A DNA stretch of 64,000 bases. Source: Hydrolagus colliei (lineage: Eukaryota). Location of the stretch: NCBI GenBank assembly GCA_035084275.1, contig CM068745.1, forward strand, positions 82,646,001 through 82,710,000. The letters are read 5' to 3'. Under the pieces are notes generated by a model. The model made no database searches, was not told the origin of the DNA, and saw only the letters and a program-made list of their open reading frames with translations. Of this stretch, positions 40,415 through 55,400 are shown piece after piece (position 1 is the first letter of the stretch; each line of letters opens with the position of its first letter). Both the position numbers and the translations under genes were made by a program.

Positions 40415-43400
40415 CATTTATATAGCGCCTTTCATGTCGGGAGCACATCCCAAGGCGCTGTACAGTCAGGTAGGGACCAGAGCAGGAGAGTGGGGGGAGG
40501 GAGGGGTAGGGGCGAAGGAGAGTAGGAGAATTGCCTGTATATTTGTGGGCGAAACGCGGCAGCCAAGTTGCGCACAGCAGCGTCCCACAAACAGTCGCGG
40601 AAATGGGGTTAGGGGGGAAAGGAGGGAAAGGGGAGGGGTCGCGGTATTTAAGTAGGTTGTGTTTCCCGAGCATTGCTTTGGAATAAAAAAAAAGTTTTGC
40701 AGATTATGCTGTTTTAGTAGTCGCGTTTCAGTTGAATCTAATCTAACCACTGGAATGAAGGGTAACTGTGGGAGGAGGGCAGGACAAGGACAGACCCGGT
40801 TAATTTAAGGCCACATTGTTTACTGACGTTCAGCAAATGGCGATAGAACAATAAGGTTGCTCTGCACTGCATTACTAACTACAGTAATACATCTCTCTCT
40901 CTCTCTCTCTCTCTCTTTGGGCTGGTAGGCGCTTGTATTGATGAAACCAGAGTTCAATACTGAAACAGTCCCAATTACGCAGAATGTGTTGGTATATCAT
41001 ACGATGATATGAGTCCCCGTCCTTGGCGCTCTCATTAGCACAACCGCGCGGAGCTTCGGTGGGGGAATTGGAACAATCAAACACAGCGTACAGTGTTCAC
41101 GTCTTAACACATTGAAAGAGCAATTACTTCAGCAATTGAGTGTTTCCATTGGTTGAAGGGATTGATTGAGAACGTCATCAAGGCTGTGTAACACGGAAGA
41201 ACTTTTTTAAACTATATATATATATATCTATTATATATAAAGTGTGCATTCAGCTTCTCATAGTCTTTCACTGCACAAGACAAGAATTCGCTCATTCAGA
41301 TTGCCTGATTCAGTCAATGTATTGGCTGTTACATATTGTGTTTGGTGATTGCCCGGCTAGTAAGATGGAAGTGTGAAACGATACGCCTGCTTTTATTTTA
41401 TCCCCGAAGAACAAATCCAGTAATCTGCCGAACAAATTCCACCAAAAGGATTATTTCGAATGCGCGTAACTCAACCTCGGATGACTTGCGTAACGAACAG
41501 ATCAATCTTTTGTTTTGCATTCATGTGGTAAAAAGTAATTGTTATATTGCTACAATGCCTGATTCACAGTAATTTGGAACATACATTTTGAGGCACATTC
41601 TTTAGAGCAATTTCGAGCCCCATCACTTTGGGCTGGGATAGGAATTTTATCTGACCTCTGAAGAGTACTAGCTATTGGTTGATTGTATATATATATGAGT
41701 TTTCAAGGCTGGATTAATCTATTAATCATATAATCTTTTCAATCAAATGCTTGAGCCTTTCGGATTCACAAAATTGCACTGTACTTTCACAGGTACTATG
41801 TTATAAAACTTTTCAGATAAAAATAGATAAACATTAGATTAATCAATTAGTTAATTAATTAATAATAATAATAATCCTTGCATTTGATACAGCACTTTTC
41901 ATGTCTTCCAGACGTCTCAAAGCACTTCACAGAATACTATACTATACCATAAAGTGAATTGACTATATGTTTGTGGGCGAAACTCGTTAGCCATTTGCAC
42001 ACAGCAACGTCTCCACACAAACAGTATTGCATTAAAATGATCAATTGATTACTTGCCCAAGATTTGCCCTGCCTGGAATTGAACCCAGGTTCAAGGTATG
42101 TGCTCTAACCACTACAGGACTCCACAATGCCATGAATGCACTTCGTTTAAAGCCTAGTCAAGGTTTGCATCACTGAGATTTTGTGAAATATGTGGAAAAT
42201 AGCTGGCCCGAGATTTGAAAGAATAGTTGAGCAGTAATGCGGCTAACGAAATTAAGTTAAATTCAATGAAAAAGGGTATTGCGGAGGCGGAAGAGCGTAT
42301 CGTGGTAGAAAAATCGATTAAAATTCTTGGTACAGCACGTGTTTCTCGCTGGTTTTTTTTGAAAAAAAAAGCCTTTTTTGTTTTTCGCATCAGCCCCTTT
42401 TCTTCTCAAATGGTGTACCTTGTGTGCAACGCTGGTATTTTATTCATGATTTCTCCTTTGTTCCTTCCTCTCTTTTATTTCCCCCCCCCCCCCAAAACCA
42501 TTACCAGTTAATTGCGATTCAGTTACTCACCCAGGTCCATTTCGCTGTGACAGAACAAAGCCATTTATTTTTTTTTTAGAAAAGAAATAAGGCATCAAAT
42601 TAATTATTGCACACCACAGGTCCTGGTACTCAGAGAGGGTTTGCAGTGCATTCAAAATATCCCAAACGATAAGGCCTATAAATGGCAAGCGGGTTTAATA
42701 TGTAAGATATCTCAACAGATGTCTGAACAAGTCTGTGACACTTGTCTTGCGGAGGACGCTGCTCGTGCTCCAGTTCCTCTCCAGCTATTGTTTGAAGCCA
42801 GGCTCCCTCGAGTCGGTAAAACAAGCCCTCGGATTCCCGGAAGGAGTCATTTCATTATTCGTTAGAAATACTGTACAGTACGTCAAGAAATACTAAAAAA
42901 AAGGAGGACCCCCCCCCCCCACCCCACCACCTCCCCCATTGCCTTATAACATGGGAGATGTTTACCCCTCCCTTGTTATTATTTGAAATGGTCTGCAAAC
43001 ACTTACAGTGGTCCCGGGAGCGATGGCATTCAGCTGCTGACAGAAAATTAAACGCTTGACATTTATCAAAGAAGCTCGAGCGTAGCACAGTAACATGGTC
43101 TGGTATTATTGGCTGTCTGATCCGCTCGTCTCTTTAATCAATATGTAAGAGCGGGATTTCACTGTGCGACTGACTCCTCAAGTGCCGCCCACAGCTCCGC
43201 CAATCTATTGCCTGGGAGCTGCCATCTATTCTCCGTTAATTGCCAACTCGTGCCGTGAGCTGTGAGTTCGCTGGCGGGAAGGGAAGTAAGTTCAGAGCTC
43301 GGCCGTGCGCAGGTGACCTGCTTCTCCGATGGTTTCTCAAAATAAAAAGATACGTAGGAAATATTGGTATCGTTCCCCCCGTCTCCCTTCGCCCCTTCTC

Positions 43401-46400
43401 CCCCCCCCCCCCTCCCCTGTCTCATCTCCCCCCCCGTCTCCCCTCCCACCCCGCCTCCCTCCCTCCCCATCTCCCTCCCTCCCCCGTCTCCCTCCCTCCC
43501 CATCTCCCCCCCCCCCCCCCCCCCGTCTCCGCCCCCTGTCTCCTTCCCCCCCGTCTCCTTCACCCCCACCATGTCTCCCCCACCCCATCTCCCCCCCCCG
43601 TGTCTCTCCCACCCCCGTGTCTCCCCCCCTCCCGTGTCTCCCCCACCCGTGTCTCCCCCTCCCCGTCTTCCTCCCCCCATCTCCTTCCCCCCCGTCTCCT
43701 TCCCCCCCATCTCTTCCCCCGTCCCCTCGTCAAGTCTAAAGAAACCAGTCTGTTGAATTTAATGGGAGCTTGCCCAGTTCAGTGCTTTAAACGTTTCTCG
43801 CTTGTTCAGATCTACAATGTACAGGAGCTCGGCTGATTGCCTTCAAGGCAAACTGTTTGCAATAAAGCCGTTCCTGCAGCCATTGAACTGCTGTTGCTGC
43901 CGTCCCTTGCCGTGTCACGGAGCAAGTGGCACAAACAAGGTGTAATCCTTCTTCTAAATGCAGCTTTATTCTAAAATTGCCAATTAGACGCAGCGTTGCG
44001 TTGCCGAACGGCCAGGTCGTGAAGGAGATTAGAACCTTTACTTTGTTGTGTTTTATTAATGTTGTGTCACAATCTGCGGAGTCAGCAACCTGCAGGTTAT
44101 TTGTAAATTTCTCTTCCACCCCCCCCCCCCCCACCCCCCAACCGCACAGGATCGGAATTAGCGTTGGATTGCTAAAGTGTGGTTAGTGCTTACTTTAACT
44201 ATTCACGCTGCGTGCGTTCGCACCACACAGATCCAAGCACGGTGGCTGGAGTGATGGGGGTTGTACATATACAATAAATGATAGTATTGCAATGGTCACC
44301 TTTGTATTTGGTGCAGCTTCTTTCGCATCAGGTGGACTTCACTAACGCGCTTCACGGGTTTATATCGTAAAACGCAACCGCTATGTGTTTTGTGGGCCAT
44401 CGCGGCAGCAAAATCTACAATGTCCCACCAACAGAGCTGAATTGTATTTTGGGGGGGGGGGAAATTGTTAACTGGACACCGGGAGGAACTCCCCTTTCTC
44501 AAATGGGATCTTTTAACATCCACCTGAACTGAAGGGGCTTCAGATTAATATCTCACCTGAAGAACAGTCACTGAACTTGATCAGTCACAGTCAATGAAGT
44601 GTCGATTTAGACTATACGGTTTCAAAGTCCAGAGCTTTCGTTGGAACCCTTTTTGTCAGTGACCTTTTGTTGATTGTGATGAGGCGCTGTAAAGCAAGGA
44701 TTATTTTTATTACTAGCCTCACTGTAGCATTATTGAGAGGGTTGGAGGGCTCGAGAACCCATATAAGCTGCGTCATCTCACAGGTGTCTATAGGAAGCTT
44801 ACTGCAAAATGGCTGCTGCGTTTGCTTACAAAAACAGTTACTATACTTTGTAATAATTACAGTGAAACATTTTGGCATTTTAAGGCATTATTAAAAAATA
44901 TATATTCTTTCTTCGGGCACAGGTCGATTTAGCTTAAGGTTGTAGAAATGCCCTTAACCCAAATAGAGGACCGTGCGGATGTCAATAAGGGAATCAGATG
45001 AATGTTTGTGTGCATTTTAATGACCGGAGCCTCTTTTCTCTCCCAACAGATTGCAAGTTGAAAGTTGACCAAATGAGGAGGAACCTCGTAGTCACGGAGA
45101 AAAGTGACGTCCACTTGAACTGCACCATCCGAAACCAAACCAGCCCAGACGCACAGTTCGCTGTACTCTGGTACGTGCAGAAATCGCCAGACAAGAGCAA
45201 CAAACTCATTTTGAAATCCAGAAGGGATTCCGTGGTGGAGCACGGGAACTGGCTCGGCAGAGGGGAACGGTCGAAGGGAAGACTTCAGTTTAACAAGCCC
45301 TCAACCGGACTGTACACTTTGGTCTTGCAAAACGCCAACATCGACGACAGCGGCTGGTACTACTGTCAAGTGGAGGAGTGGCTGCTGAATCCCAACCACG
45401 TTTGGTACAAGTTAGGAGAGAAGACGTCTGAATCGACCGTTGTAACTGTACAGCATCCAGGTATTGGGTCTATTGGGTTTATTCCATTTGGAAAAACTTT
45501 CAAGTGTTGCCCTCTTCCCTAGAGTGTAGTGTGGGATGGAACCGGTGACGCAAGACGCAATGACCAATTTTCAAACAGCAGTGCCCCACAAACAGCCGTG
45601 AAGTGTTTTTTTTTTTACCAGATTGATTGTTGTTCTGGGCACCAGAAGAAAGTTCCCTTGTGTTTCCGGGGACCTTAATTAAATGTCTCCCTGAAAGAAG
45701 GCGCTTCTGCACAATGCTGCTCTCCCACAGCTCTGCGCTGGAGAGTCAGCCTTGACTATGAATTCAAAGCCCCGATGTGAGAGGCTTGAACATCCACACG
45801 AGTGACCAGGCTGACGCACAAAATCAATCTGGACTTTATAAAGAAGTTTTTCTGCAGTTCTTAAAAGAACGTACAGAAAACCAGCTCGAAATATAAGTGT
45901 TTGTTTCAGAAATTGCCAAATCTAGATGCCCCAAAATACTGTACTAAGAATGGCAGTGGATATTCAACCCATGACTGGCTTGTGGGGGACGCGGCTGTGC
46001 GCAAATTGGCTGCCGCGTTTCACACCACAAATCCCTCAAGGAGAAAACACAATAATAAATTGGTCATTTTCAATCCACGGCTGTTTGTGGGGGACGCTGC
46101 TGTGCGCAAATTGGCTGCCACGTTTCGCCCACAAATATACAGTCACTTCACTTTACATTATATTCTGTGAAGCGCTTTGAGACGTCTGGAAGACGTGAAA
46201 AGCGCTATATCAAACGCAAGGATTATTACGAATATTATTCTTATTAAATCTGGACTCGGATAGGATTCCTGGTCTGCGAGTCAGCGTTCTATTCAGCTGC
46301 GGTGGAGAGGTTGCAGTCTTATCACACTCGCTCCCGAACTGAGGAATGTCCAGCAGGGATTGCTAGATCGATCTCAGGAGCAATAGTTTGGCTGAGTTCC

Positions 46401-49400
46401 ACCAACTTTCTAACCAACAGTGGCTGAGGTTTATTGAAGTGGTCCAAACCAATGCCCCGCTGAAAAAGCAACTCTAACCGCGATCTTTCCGATCTGCACG
46501 GCTCAGATACTCTTAACGAACAAACCCCCCCCCCCCACCCCACCCCTCCTCTCAATCACCACTAACTCATAAGTTAATGCTTGTTTAGACCTCTTTGGAT
46601 TCGATGCCTGGCATCTGTTTGGTGTAAGCGATTTACATTTGCTCTTTCGCTTCAACTGTTGCTTTTTGACACTCACTGGTCTAACTGGAAGGTACAGTAG
46701 ATGTCAATCGATTGTTTTTTGCCCGGCTCTGGCTGCTGTTTCGGTGGATGTGTCAACTAGTAAAACCCGATTGCAAAAATTCACAGCCAGGTCAAGTGTG
46801 GCATCGTCATATATACAGTATTATAATGGAAGAATAGGGCAACGTTGTGTATGTGTTTCTTTACTCCTGCCTCCATTAAAACCACCAATTATTTCCAACA
46901 AGTCTTTTCAGTTTTGATCTTCTCTGCATAACTTAACTTAACCACCACAAAGTAAAGGAGATCACTCGTGAAACAAGCCGGGCTTGTTCTTAATCAACAT
47001 AAACTCCCACTCTGGTGCAGGTCTGTTGGAACTGAGCCAACGAGGAAGGAGACATATTGGTTGAGCAGTCACCCTAGTTTCTCCCCTTCAGTGCCATTCT
47101 TTGGTTTGAAAGCCCAACTCCCATTTGCTCCACTGTACCAAGCCTTGCCTTGCTTATAATCTAGAGCTGCTCTTCATGGCATATATATATATCTACAGTA
47201 ATAATAATATTAATAATAATCCTTACACTTGATATAGCAACTAAATAGGTCATTATATCATCTCCCCCAAGCATCTCACAGCACATTCTGCATGTGTTTT
47301 GTGGATGAATGTGACTGCTAATTGGCACACAGCGATGTCTCACAAACAAACCATTGCGGGAGAGAGGGAGTGACCAATTTAATTTGGAGGATTGTTGGCC
47401 TGGGACACTGGGAGGGGGGGGGGGGGGGGGGGGGGGGGGGTGGAAACCCTCCCATCTCTTTTCGAATATTGTAGTGGTTGTTTTAACATTCATCTGGACA
47501 GGCAGACAGGACCTTTGATTTAACGACTCACCCAAAGATTGGCACCTCCGGCAATGCTGGGCAAATTCCGCAGCCCCGGATTGCCCACCGATGAGTTCCA
47601 AGTCCCAAGTTGGGGATCAAACCCACAGTCTTCTGACTCAGACGTACGAGTGCGAGCCCGGAGCCAGGCTGACACTGTTTGTATACAGTGTGTGGCTTTG
47701 CACACTTCTGCAACATAAACCCCCACGAATCTTATCATTCCTGCAGCGATTCCTAGCATTCCAAGTTTGCTTAACCGTTTCCACACACAGTGAAAACTCA
47801 GCACACGGCCGTCTTCGTTCCCCCCCCCCACACAGACATTGTACCAAGGAAGTACAGTTAATGGTAACATGGTAGCGACCCTGCAGAAGGGGGGGGACAG
47901 TTACTGATTCAGAAAGAAAAAAATTCATTTGGCACAGCAACAAATACAGGGACACATGAAATTGACACAGGCTGACCCTTTACCCCCCACAGTAACTTAC
48001 AACAACAACAGCCAACAAAATTACATTTATAGAGAGCCTTTCACGTCGGGAGGACGTCGCAAGGTGCTGAGCAGTCAGGTCGGGACCTGAGCGGGGGGGT
48101 GGGAGGGGAAGGGTCAGGGTAGGGACCAGGGGGATAGGAGAGTAGGAGGAGGGGGAGAGTTAGTGGAGCAGCAGAAGACGCGGTCGAAGAGGAAGGTCTT
48201 GAGACCGGCCTTGAAGGAGGAAAGGGAGGAAGCGAGGCTGAGGGATCGAGTTCCACAGTGTGGGAGCAGAGAGGCAGAAAGCTCGGCCGCAGATGGTAGG
48301 GGGGGACGTGGGGCAGGCCTGAGTTTGCTGAACGGAGGGGACAGGTGGGCGGAAAGGGAGACAGCAGGTCGGAATAAATAAGTGTTTGAATTGAGCTGTT
48401 TATCAGTCAACACATAATCATTTACAAAGGTCATTAACATTTCCTCAAGTACAAGTTTGTCCGTTCGGTCTGGAAGCCTTGAATGCAAATTATGATTATG
48501 GCTATAATACAGCAGTATTTTGAGGAAATGAACAGAGATTGTTTTGTCTTGAGGCTTTAGAAACTGCACACTTTGTACAAAGAGACTATCTCACACTGGC
48601 AATAGCACCCTGCTTAGTCAGTGCACTCAGTCTCTCACTCAGTCAGTCAGTCAGTCAGTCACTCACTCACTCACTCACTCACTCACTCACTCACTCACTC
48701 ACTCACTCACTCACAACACCAAACAAAAGGCAGAAAATACTCGGAGATGCTGGAAATAACAACAGAATTCACTGAAAATAAATACTCAGCAGGTCAGGCA
48801 GCATCCATGGAGAGAGGGGAGAAGTGAGCTTAACGTTTCAGGTCGTGAAGCATTCAGTTTTGTCAGAACTAACACACTGCTCAGTCAGACATGCACTACC
48901 ACACTGCTCAGTGAACCATTCACCAGCACACTACTCCAGTCAACCATTCACTAACCACTGCTCAGTCAATCAGACATTCGCTGGCACATTGCTCAGTCAA
49001 CCACTCACTCGCCCACTGCTCGAGTCAAACTTTCTCAGCATCGGTGGTGTGGGAGAAGAAGGAAAAAATTATTACCGAGAGGCGGAAGGGTGTCATTTGC
49101 TCCTGACATACTATCAAGTGTCCGCTGCCTAAAAGAGTACGCACGTGGAAGAAGTCAAACCTAGATCGGCTTCTGCCACCCCCACCCCACCACCCACCCC
49201 TCTAGGCTTCTCACTCATGACCACCGTTGTCTAGCGCTCACACGGGGAGCCAGACCATTTGCATGTAGTGCTGGAGATGTTACTCTGCTGACTGCGAGCC
49301 AGCGGCTTTGGAAACATAGAGGGGGAAAATATGGGAAAGGCAATAAAACCCATTGTTTAAAACCATCTCTCTGCCATAGTCATTTAAAATCAGCAAGAAG

Positions 49401-52400
49401 AAAACCATGAAACGTGGGAAGCATGGAAATTGCTAGCACAAAAGAGAGCTATTATACATTAGTTATGAAGTAATATTCTGTTGTTACTCTTTGTGCATTG
49501 CAGTTGATTTTATTTGAATATTTTTGATTACATTATGTTGTGTGCTGCTGATATCAAGGGAATTGGCTGGGAGGAGTTACTAAGCCTTAGGATTCAATTA
49601 ACATGTCTGCAGATAAATCGTTTAGTCCGAGATGCTCGAGCAATTCTGTTTATTCAGACCAAAACTCAACAACTCCTCTCAGCGGCTCAGAAATGGTCTC
49701 ATATATGTCACTGTTTAACCAAACCATTAAAACCTAATTGTGGATTTGTATGAATACATACAGTTTTTATTCTGCCACTGTGTGGGGTTGGGGGTGGGAG
49801 GAGAAAAGAGATGAAGGCAGTGAGAGCGATACCACAATAATAATAATAATCCTTGCATTTGATACAGCACTTTTCCACGTCTCGAGAAAGCGCTTCACGG
49901 AATATACTGTAAAGGGAACTGACTAAATTTGTGGGCGAAACGCGGCAGCCAATTACGCCCAGCGGGGTCCCCCACAAACAGTCGTGGATTAAAGTGACCA
50001 GTGTACTGTTTATGGGAGGGGCAATATTTAAAACACCCTGTGCAGTTTTAATTTAGATACAGAAATTTTCAAAATGAATAATTTGGCGGTTTCAATGGCC
50101 TGACTGTTTTGTGGGACATCGAAAAAGTATACAGTCAATTTTACTTTTTAACGGTATATTCTGCGAAGTGCTTTGAGGACGTCTCAAACGATGCGATAAA
50201 GTGCGATATCAAACGCAAGGATTATTATTATCAAAATGTTTTTTTCCCCATTTTTTGTTCCAGTTCAGCTGGATTGTAGCCGTACAGTTTAGTAGGCTTG
50301 TCTGCTGAAGAAGTGGGAGGGTGGCGGTGGGAGAGAAGGAAACATCTGAACTCTCAGTTCAGGGGTAACATTGGGAGTAGCCATGCACTTGGCCTAAATT
50401 CTCCAGCTTATAGCGAAAGGGAAATGAGCCCAGCACACTCTGTTCCTGATCTCTACCCAGTGACTGTCTCCCTGGCTGGCTGTGTGCGTGCGTGCGTGTG
50501 TGTGTGCATGTTATGGGAGGACACAATCGATGGAGCTCAAAATCCCCTGACAACTTGTCGGGAATCACTGTTCGGACTCGCTTACGAGAAAAATAAAAGG
50601 TGCCTCTTTCACTATCTGTAACCGACCTTATCACCAGCGGAAGAAAAACAAGTCAAGAAAAAAAATTGGCCACTAGTTTTCTTAAAAAATATTTCCTACA
50701 TTGACCCAGTTAAAAGATGGAAGTCTGTTTAGTGTTTTGTGATACTCCGGGTCTTATCCGGCAGCCCTAAATCGTTTAAATGTTCAATTACAAAAAGCAA
50801 TTGGAAAGCTCACTCGAGCTATCGTGATACAGATTGCATCCGATGCAAAAAATGCTTTTTGTTTGCTGACGAGTGCCTCCCGGCTAAAGGGCCTCAAAAG
50901 CCGTCCGGGGAACCGCGTACTCCGCAATGACAGGCGCGAAACAAACACAAGTAGTCGTCATTGACGGTGGAACGCTCTCTGTCTTGTGTTCGGGGACGCA
51001 CTCCGCCTTCGGGGAGCGGTCTGCCGTGAAAACGAAACTCATGAAACCTCAAAACGTGGTGTGTTTTTCCCTTGCAATCCGCAGAAAGCAACTTGCAAAT
51101 CCTGAAAACCGAGCGGAACATCTCCACGCCGGAGGCCAGCTGGATTCAGCTGGACTGTCGCGTCAGCAACCGCACCAGCCCGGACTCCCAGCTCTCCGTG
51201 ACCTGGTACGTCTGGAGGGCGCTGGAGACCGAAAGGCGGGACATTTTCAGGCTGAACAGGAATTCGGTCTTCGAGTACGGAGGCTCGGCTGACAACGCCA
51301 TCAGACTGAAGGACAGACTCCAGTTCGAAAGGTCCTCCGCGGGCCTGTACAGCTTAGTCCTGCAGAGAGCCACCACCGGCGACAGCGGAGGCTACTACTG
51401 CCATGTGGAAGAGTGGCTGCTCGATGCCAAAAGCCTCTGGTACAAAGTGGGAGAGGATCAGTCGGGGACCGTTTCTGTCACCGTACAGCAGCCAGGTATT
51501 GCGCGAGTCCTGCATTTCCCCCGGAGTAAGATTTTAATGAAAGGAGTTGTTTGTGAAAGCTGTCCCGCCCATAGGCATCAGCATCACATTAACAGTAATG
51601 TGTTGTTCAGGCCCTGACCTCATCTCCCAGGTGGCCCGTTACTAATGGCCAGTGGCTGAGTGCTTTGGTGAGTTAAGAACGGACGGACAGACGCTGTTTG
51701 AAAAGCGGAACCGGAATTCTAATGGATTTCTGATCAACACCATGAAGTTTCCAGCCACCCACCCACCTACCCACCCAGCCACCCACTCAACCTACCCACC
51801 CACCTAACCACCCACCCACTCAACCTACCCACCCACCTAACCACCCACCCAGCCACTCACCCACCCAGCCACCTACCCACCTACCCACCCAGCCACCCAT
51901 CCAGCCACCCACCCACCTAGCCACCCACCCAGCCACTCACCCACCCACCTACCCACCCACCCAGCCACCCACCCAGCCACGCACCCACCCACCCACCCAG
52001 CCACGCACCCACCCACCCAGCCACGCACCCANNNNNNNNNNNNNNNNNNNNNNNNNNNNNNNNNNNNNNNNNNNNNNNNNNNNNNNNNNNNNNNNNNNNN
52101 NNNNNNNNNNNNNNNNNNNNNNNNNNNNNNNNNNNNNNNNNNNNNNNNNNNNNNNNNNNNNNNNNNNNNNNNNNNNNNNNNNNNNNNNNNNNNNNNNNNG
52201 CCACCCAGCCACCGGAAGCAAAAATTGCAAAGATCAAATGTTTAAATCATGCCGCTGTTTTAAGAATTCGGTGCTAAGAATCTTCACATCAGCCAAATTC
52301 ACAGGGTCAGATGACTGCAGTTTCTCACTGCCCCCTGTGCGCTAAAATGCCAAACACACAGAGCGTCACATACAGGAATATAATAAGGTTCCCGTTAGAT

Positions 52401-55400
52401 TAGAGCCTGAGGAAGGCTCCCAAATTACTGTGACACAACACAGCGTCCAGGCTCGCATCGTGGATGTCCCCTACTTTGCTTACTACTCTGTGTGTGTGTG
52501 TGTGCCTTCATCCCCACCCTTCCTTCTCCTTCCTCCCCCAAGTGAGCTGGAGCAGGCTTGTCAGTAAATAGATTGATATGTGGGCAGCTGGGTGAAGTAG
52601 GTCATACACACACACTGAGTGCTCCCATTTAACTATCAAACTCTGAAACCTATCATTGCTCGAGAATACAAATACATGTACATTGAGATGCTAAATGCAC
52701 GGCCGCAATCCACAGTGGAGACCAGAGCAGCCACTGTTATTGGACGATCCCAAAGCTGGCAATGGCATTGAAATAAGGAAGTCAATTTTGTAAGGATGTG
52801 GTTTGAGACCCACTATTCCCAGGAAAGCATCCCATAATAGTCATGGACATCGTTAAAATTTAAATTCCCCGCGCTTGGTCATCTGGAGCTCCTGTAGCTC
52901 AGTGGGTTAGACCACTCACTCGCCTTGCAAGCGTGAGAACTGTGTTTCGAATCCAGGCAGGTCAGGTCAGGGCGAAACCTTTCAGCAAGTTTCAGCCTCT
53001 CTCTGCCACCCCTCCACCCCACCACCTCTGGAACTCCATCCAACAGTTCCTTCGCTTCGTTCCCTCACTGGCATCCTTCAAGTCCCGCCTCAAGACCCTC
53101 CTCTTTGACAGTCCCATTGGTCACCCGCCCACCACCCCCCACCCCCGTTTCCCTCCACCCTCCCCATCCCCCATCCCAGCTCGGGTCTCAAACCCATGCC
53201 TCCTGACGTGAAAGGCGCTATACAAGTGTAATGCTGTTGTTGTGTTTGGTGTGGAAAAGAATACGTAGAGAAAAGTGTCCGTTCCAAATCTCAGCGTTGG
53301 GTTCAAGCGAATTGTGAGATCAGTGCTACAAATTGGATAATTTTGTAATCGACTGATGTGGAAAGCCTCATAATTGGACAAAGATGAAAACCGGCTGAGG
53401 AAAGCTAATTGATACGGTTGAATTTAGCTGAAGGCAAATCTCTTCAAATCTCATTAGCACCATTGGTGTTACTGTTGACCTCATCGAAGTGCGAATTCTT
53501 AACAGGGAAATTTTAATTGAAATACCGGCAGGCCCCCGTTTTTTTTAACTACTGATTAAAGTGGTGTCAATTATTGCCACCTGAGGTTGGAGTAGGCGTA
53601 AGATGTGGCCGGGCCAGGCGATGATAGGAAGCATCCCAGCTTCTCATGATTCAGTCAGGCGGATAGAGAAATCGGTCTGCGATGTCCTCCAGGAAGTGCT
53701 CAGCGACTTTGGAGGAATAATTGCGAGTTTGTTGATAAGACGCGGTTAATTGGCCCCGGTTTACATGCGGAGACTGACTGTTCCGCAGGGCAGGTGAGTG
53801 TTTCCTCTCTTTGTAACTCCCTCCACCCACCCACCCATAAACACACACACACACACACACACACAAAGTATCACAATACTGGATCTGAAACTGCCCATGG
53901 AGACATTATGATGATAAAATAATAATAAAATGGATCATTTTCAATCCACGGCAGTTTGTGTGGGGGACGCTGCTGTGCACAATTGGCTGCCGCGTTTCGC
54001 CCACAAATATATATATACACAGTCAATTCACTTTACAGTATATTCTGTGAAGCGCTTTGAGACACAATCTAGAAGACGTGAAAAGCGCCATATAAAAATG
54101 CAAGGATTATTATTATTATCAGAGATGTGGAAACCATTGGGTTCACAATACTGTAGCGCTAGAAAATAATTCAAACGCAAGGATGATTATTATTATTATT
54201 CTGAAATGGTCGTACTGTTCAGAATCTGGGATGGGGTGGGTGTGGGGGGGGGGGGGGGAGAGAGGGTGGAAGGTGAGGGGAGAGGGCAAGGGCAGGGGTC
54301 ACTGTAGAGTGAAATATCTGATGTAAATTCCTTATCACGGGCTACATTACAGTGGGATAAAATAGTGGGCTCCCCAGCTGTGTCTGTGATGATGTTGGTT
54401 TAATGCGATCACACTTCCCGGTGAGAGAGCTGCACATCTCCAGGCAGCTGGTACGGCTGCTGTGGTGACTCGAGTCCCCGCACTACAGCTCTCGGGAAGT
54501 AGTTAAGATGGATTTGTTAAAGGCAAATCTTGCCTTACAAATCTGATAGAATGTTTTGATGAGGTAACGGAATGGGTGGATAATGGTAGCGCAGTTGATG
54601 TAGTTTACATGGACTTTCAAAAGGCATTTGACAAAGTGCCACATGAGAGACTTATTATGAAATTAAAGGCCCATGGCGTAAAAGGGACAGTGGCAGCGTG
54701 GATCCACAACTGGCTGCGAGACAGAAAGCAGAGAGTTGTAGTGAGCGGCTGTTTTTCAGATTGGAGGGAAGTGAGCAGTGGTGTGCCACAGGGATCGGTT
54801 TTGGGACCATTGCTGTTTGTAATCTACATCAATGATCTGGACTTGGGTGTCCGGAGTACAGTTTCCAAGTTTGCAGATGACACTAAGTTAGGGAGAATAG
54901 TAAACAGTGAGGAGGATAGTAGCCATCTGCAAGAGGATATAGACAAATTGGTAAAGTGGGCAGACACATGGCAGATGAAGTTTAATGCAGAGAAGTGTGA
55001 GGTGATGCATTTTGGGAGAAGAAATGAAGGGAGGCAATATAGGCTAGATAGTACAATTTTAAATGGTGTGAAGGAACAGAGAGACCTGGGGATTTGTGTT
55101 AGTGACTCGTTGAAGGTGGCAGGACAGGTAGACAAGGCTGTTAAGAAGGCATATGGGATACTAGGCTTTATAAATAGGGGTATAGAGTACAAAAGTCAGG
55201 AAGTGCTGACTAACCTCTATAGGACTTTGGTGAGGCCTCAGCTGGAATACTGTGTTCAATTCTGGTCACCACACTACAGAAAGGATGTGAAGGCATTGGA
55301 AAGGGTACAACGAAGATTTACTAGGATGGTGCCAGGATTGAGGGACTTCAGCTATGAGGAGAGGCTAGATAGGCTAGGGTTATTCTCTCTGGAGCAGAGA

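Noticed and set aside
43159-43836. Pro-rich and Gly-rich ORFs
   Set aside because: Low-complexity C-rich array.
49140-49330. CACGTG E-box plus ATTTGCAT octamer as an enhancer
   Set aside because: Short motifs expected by chance in 64 kb; conservation cannot be assessed here.
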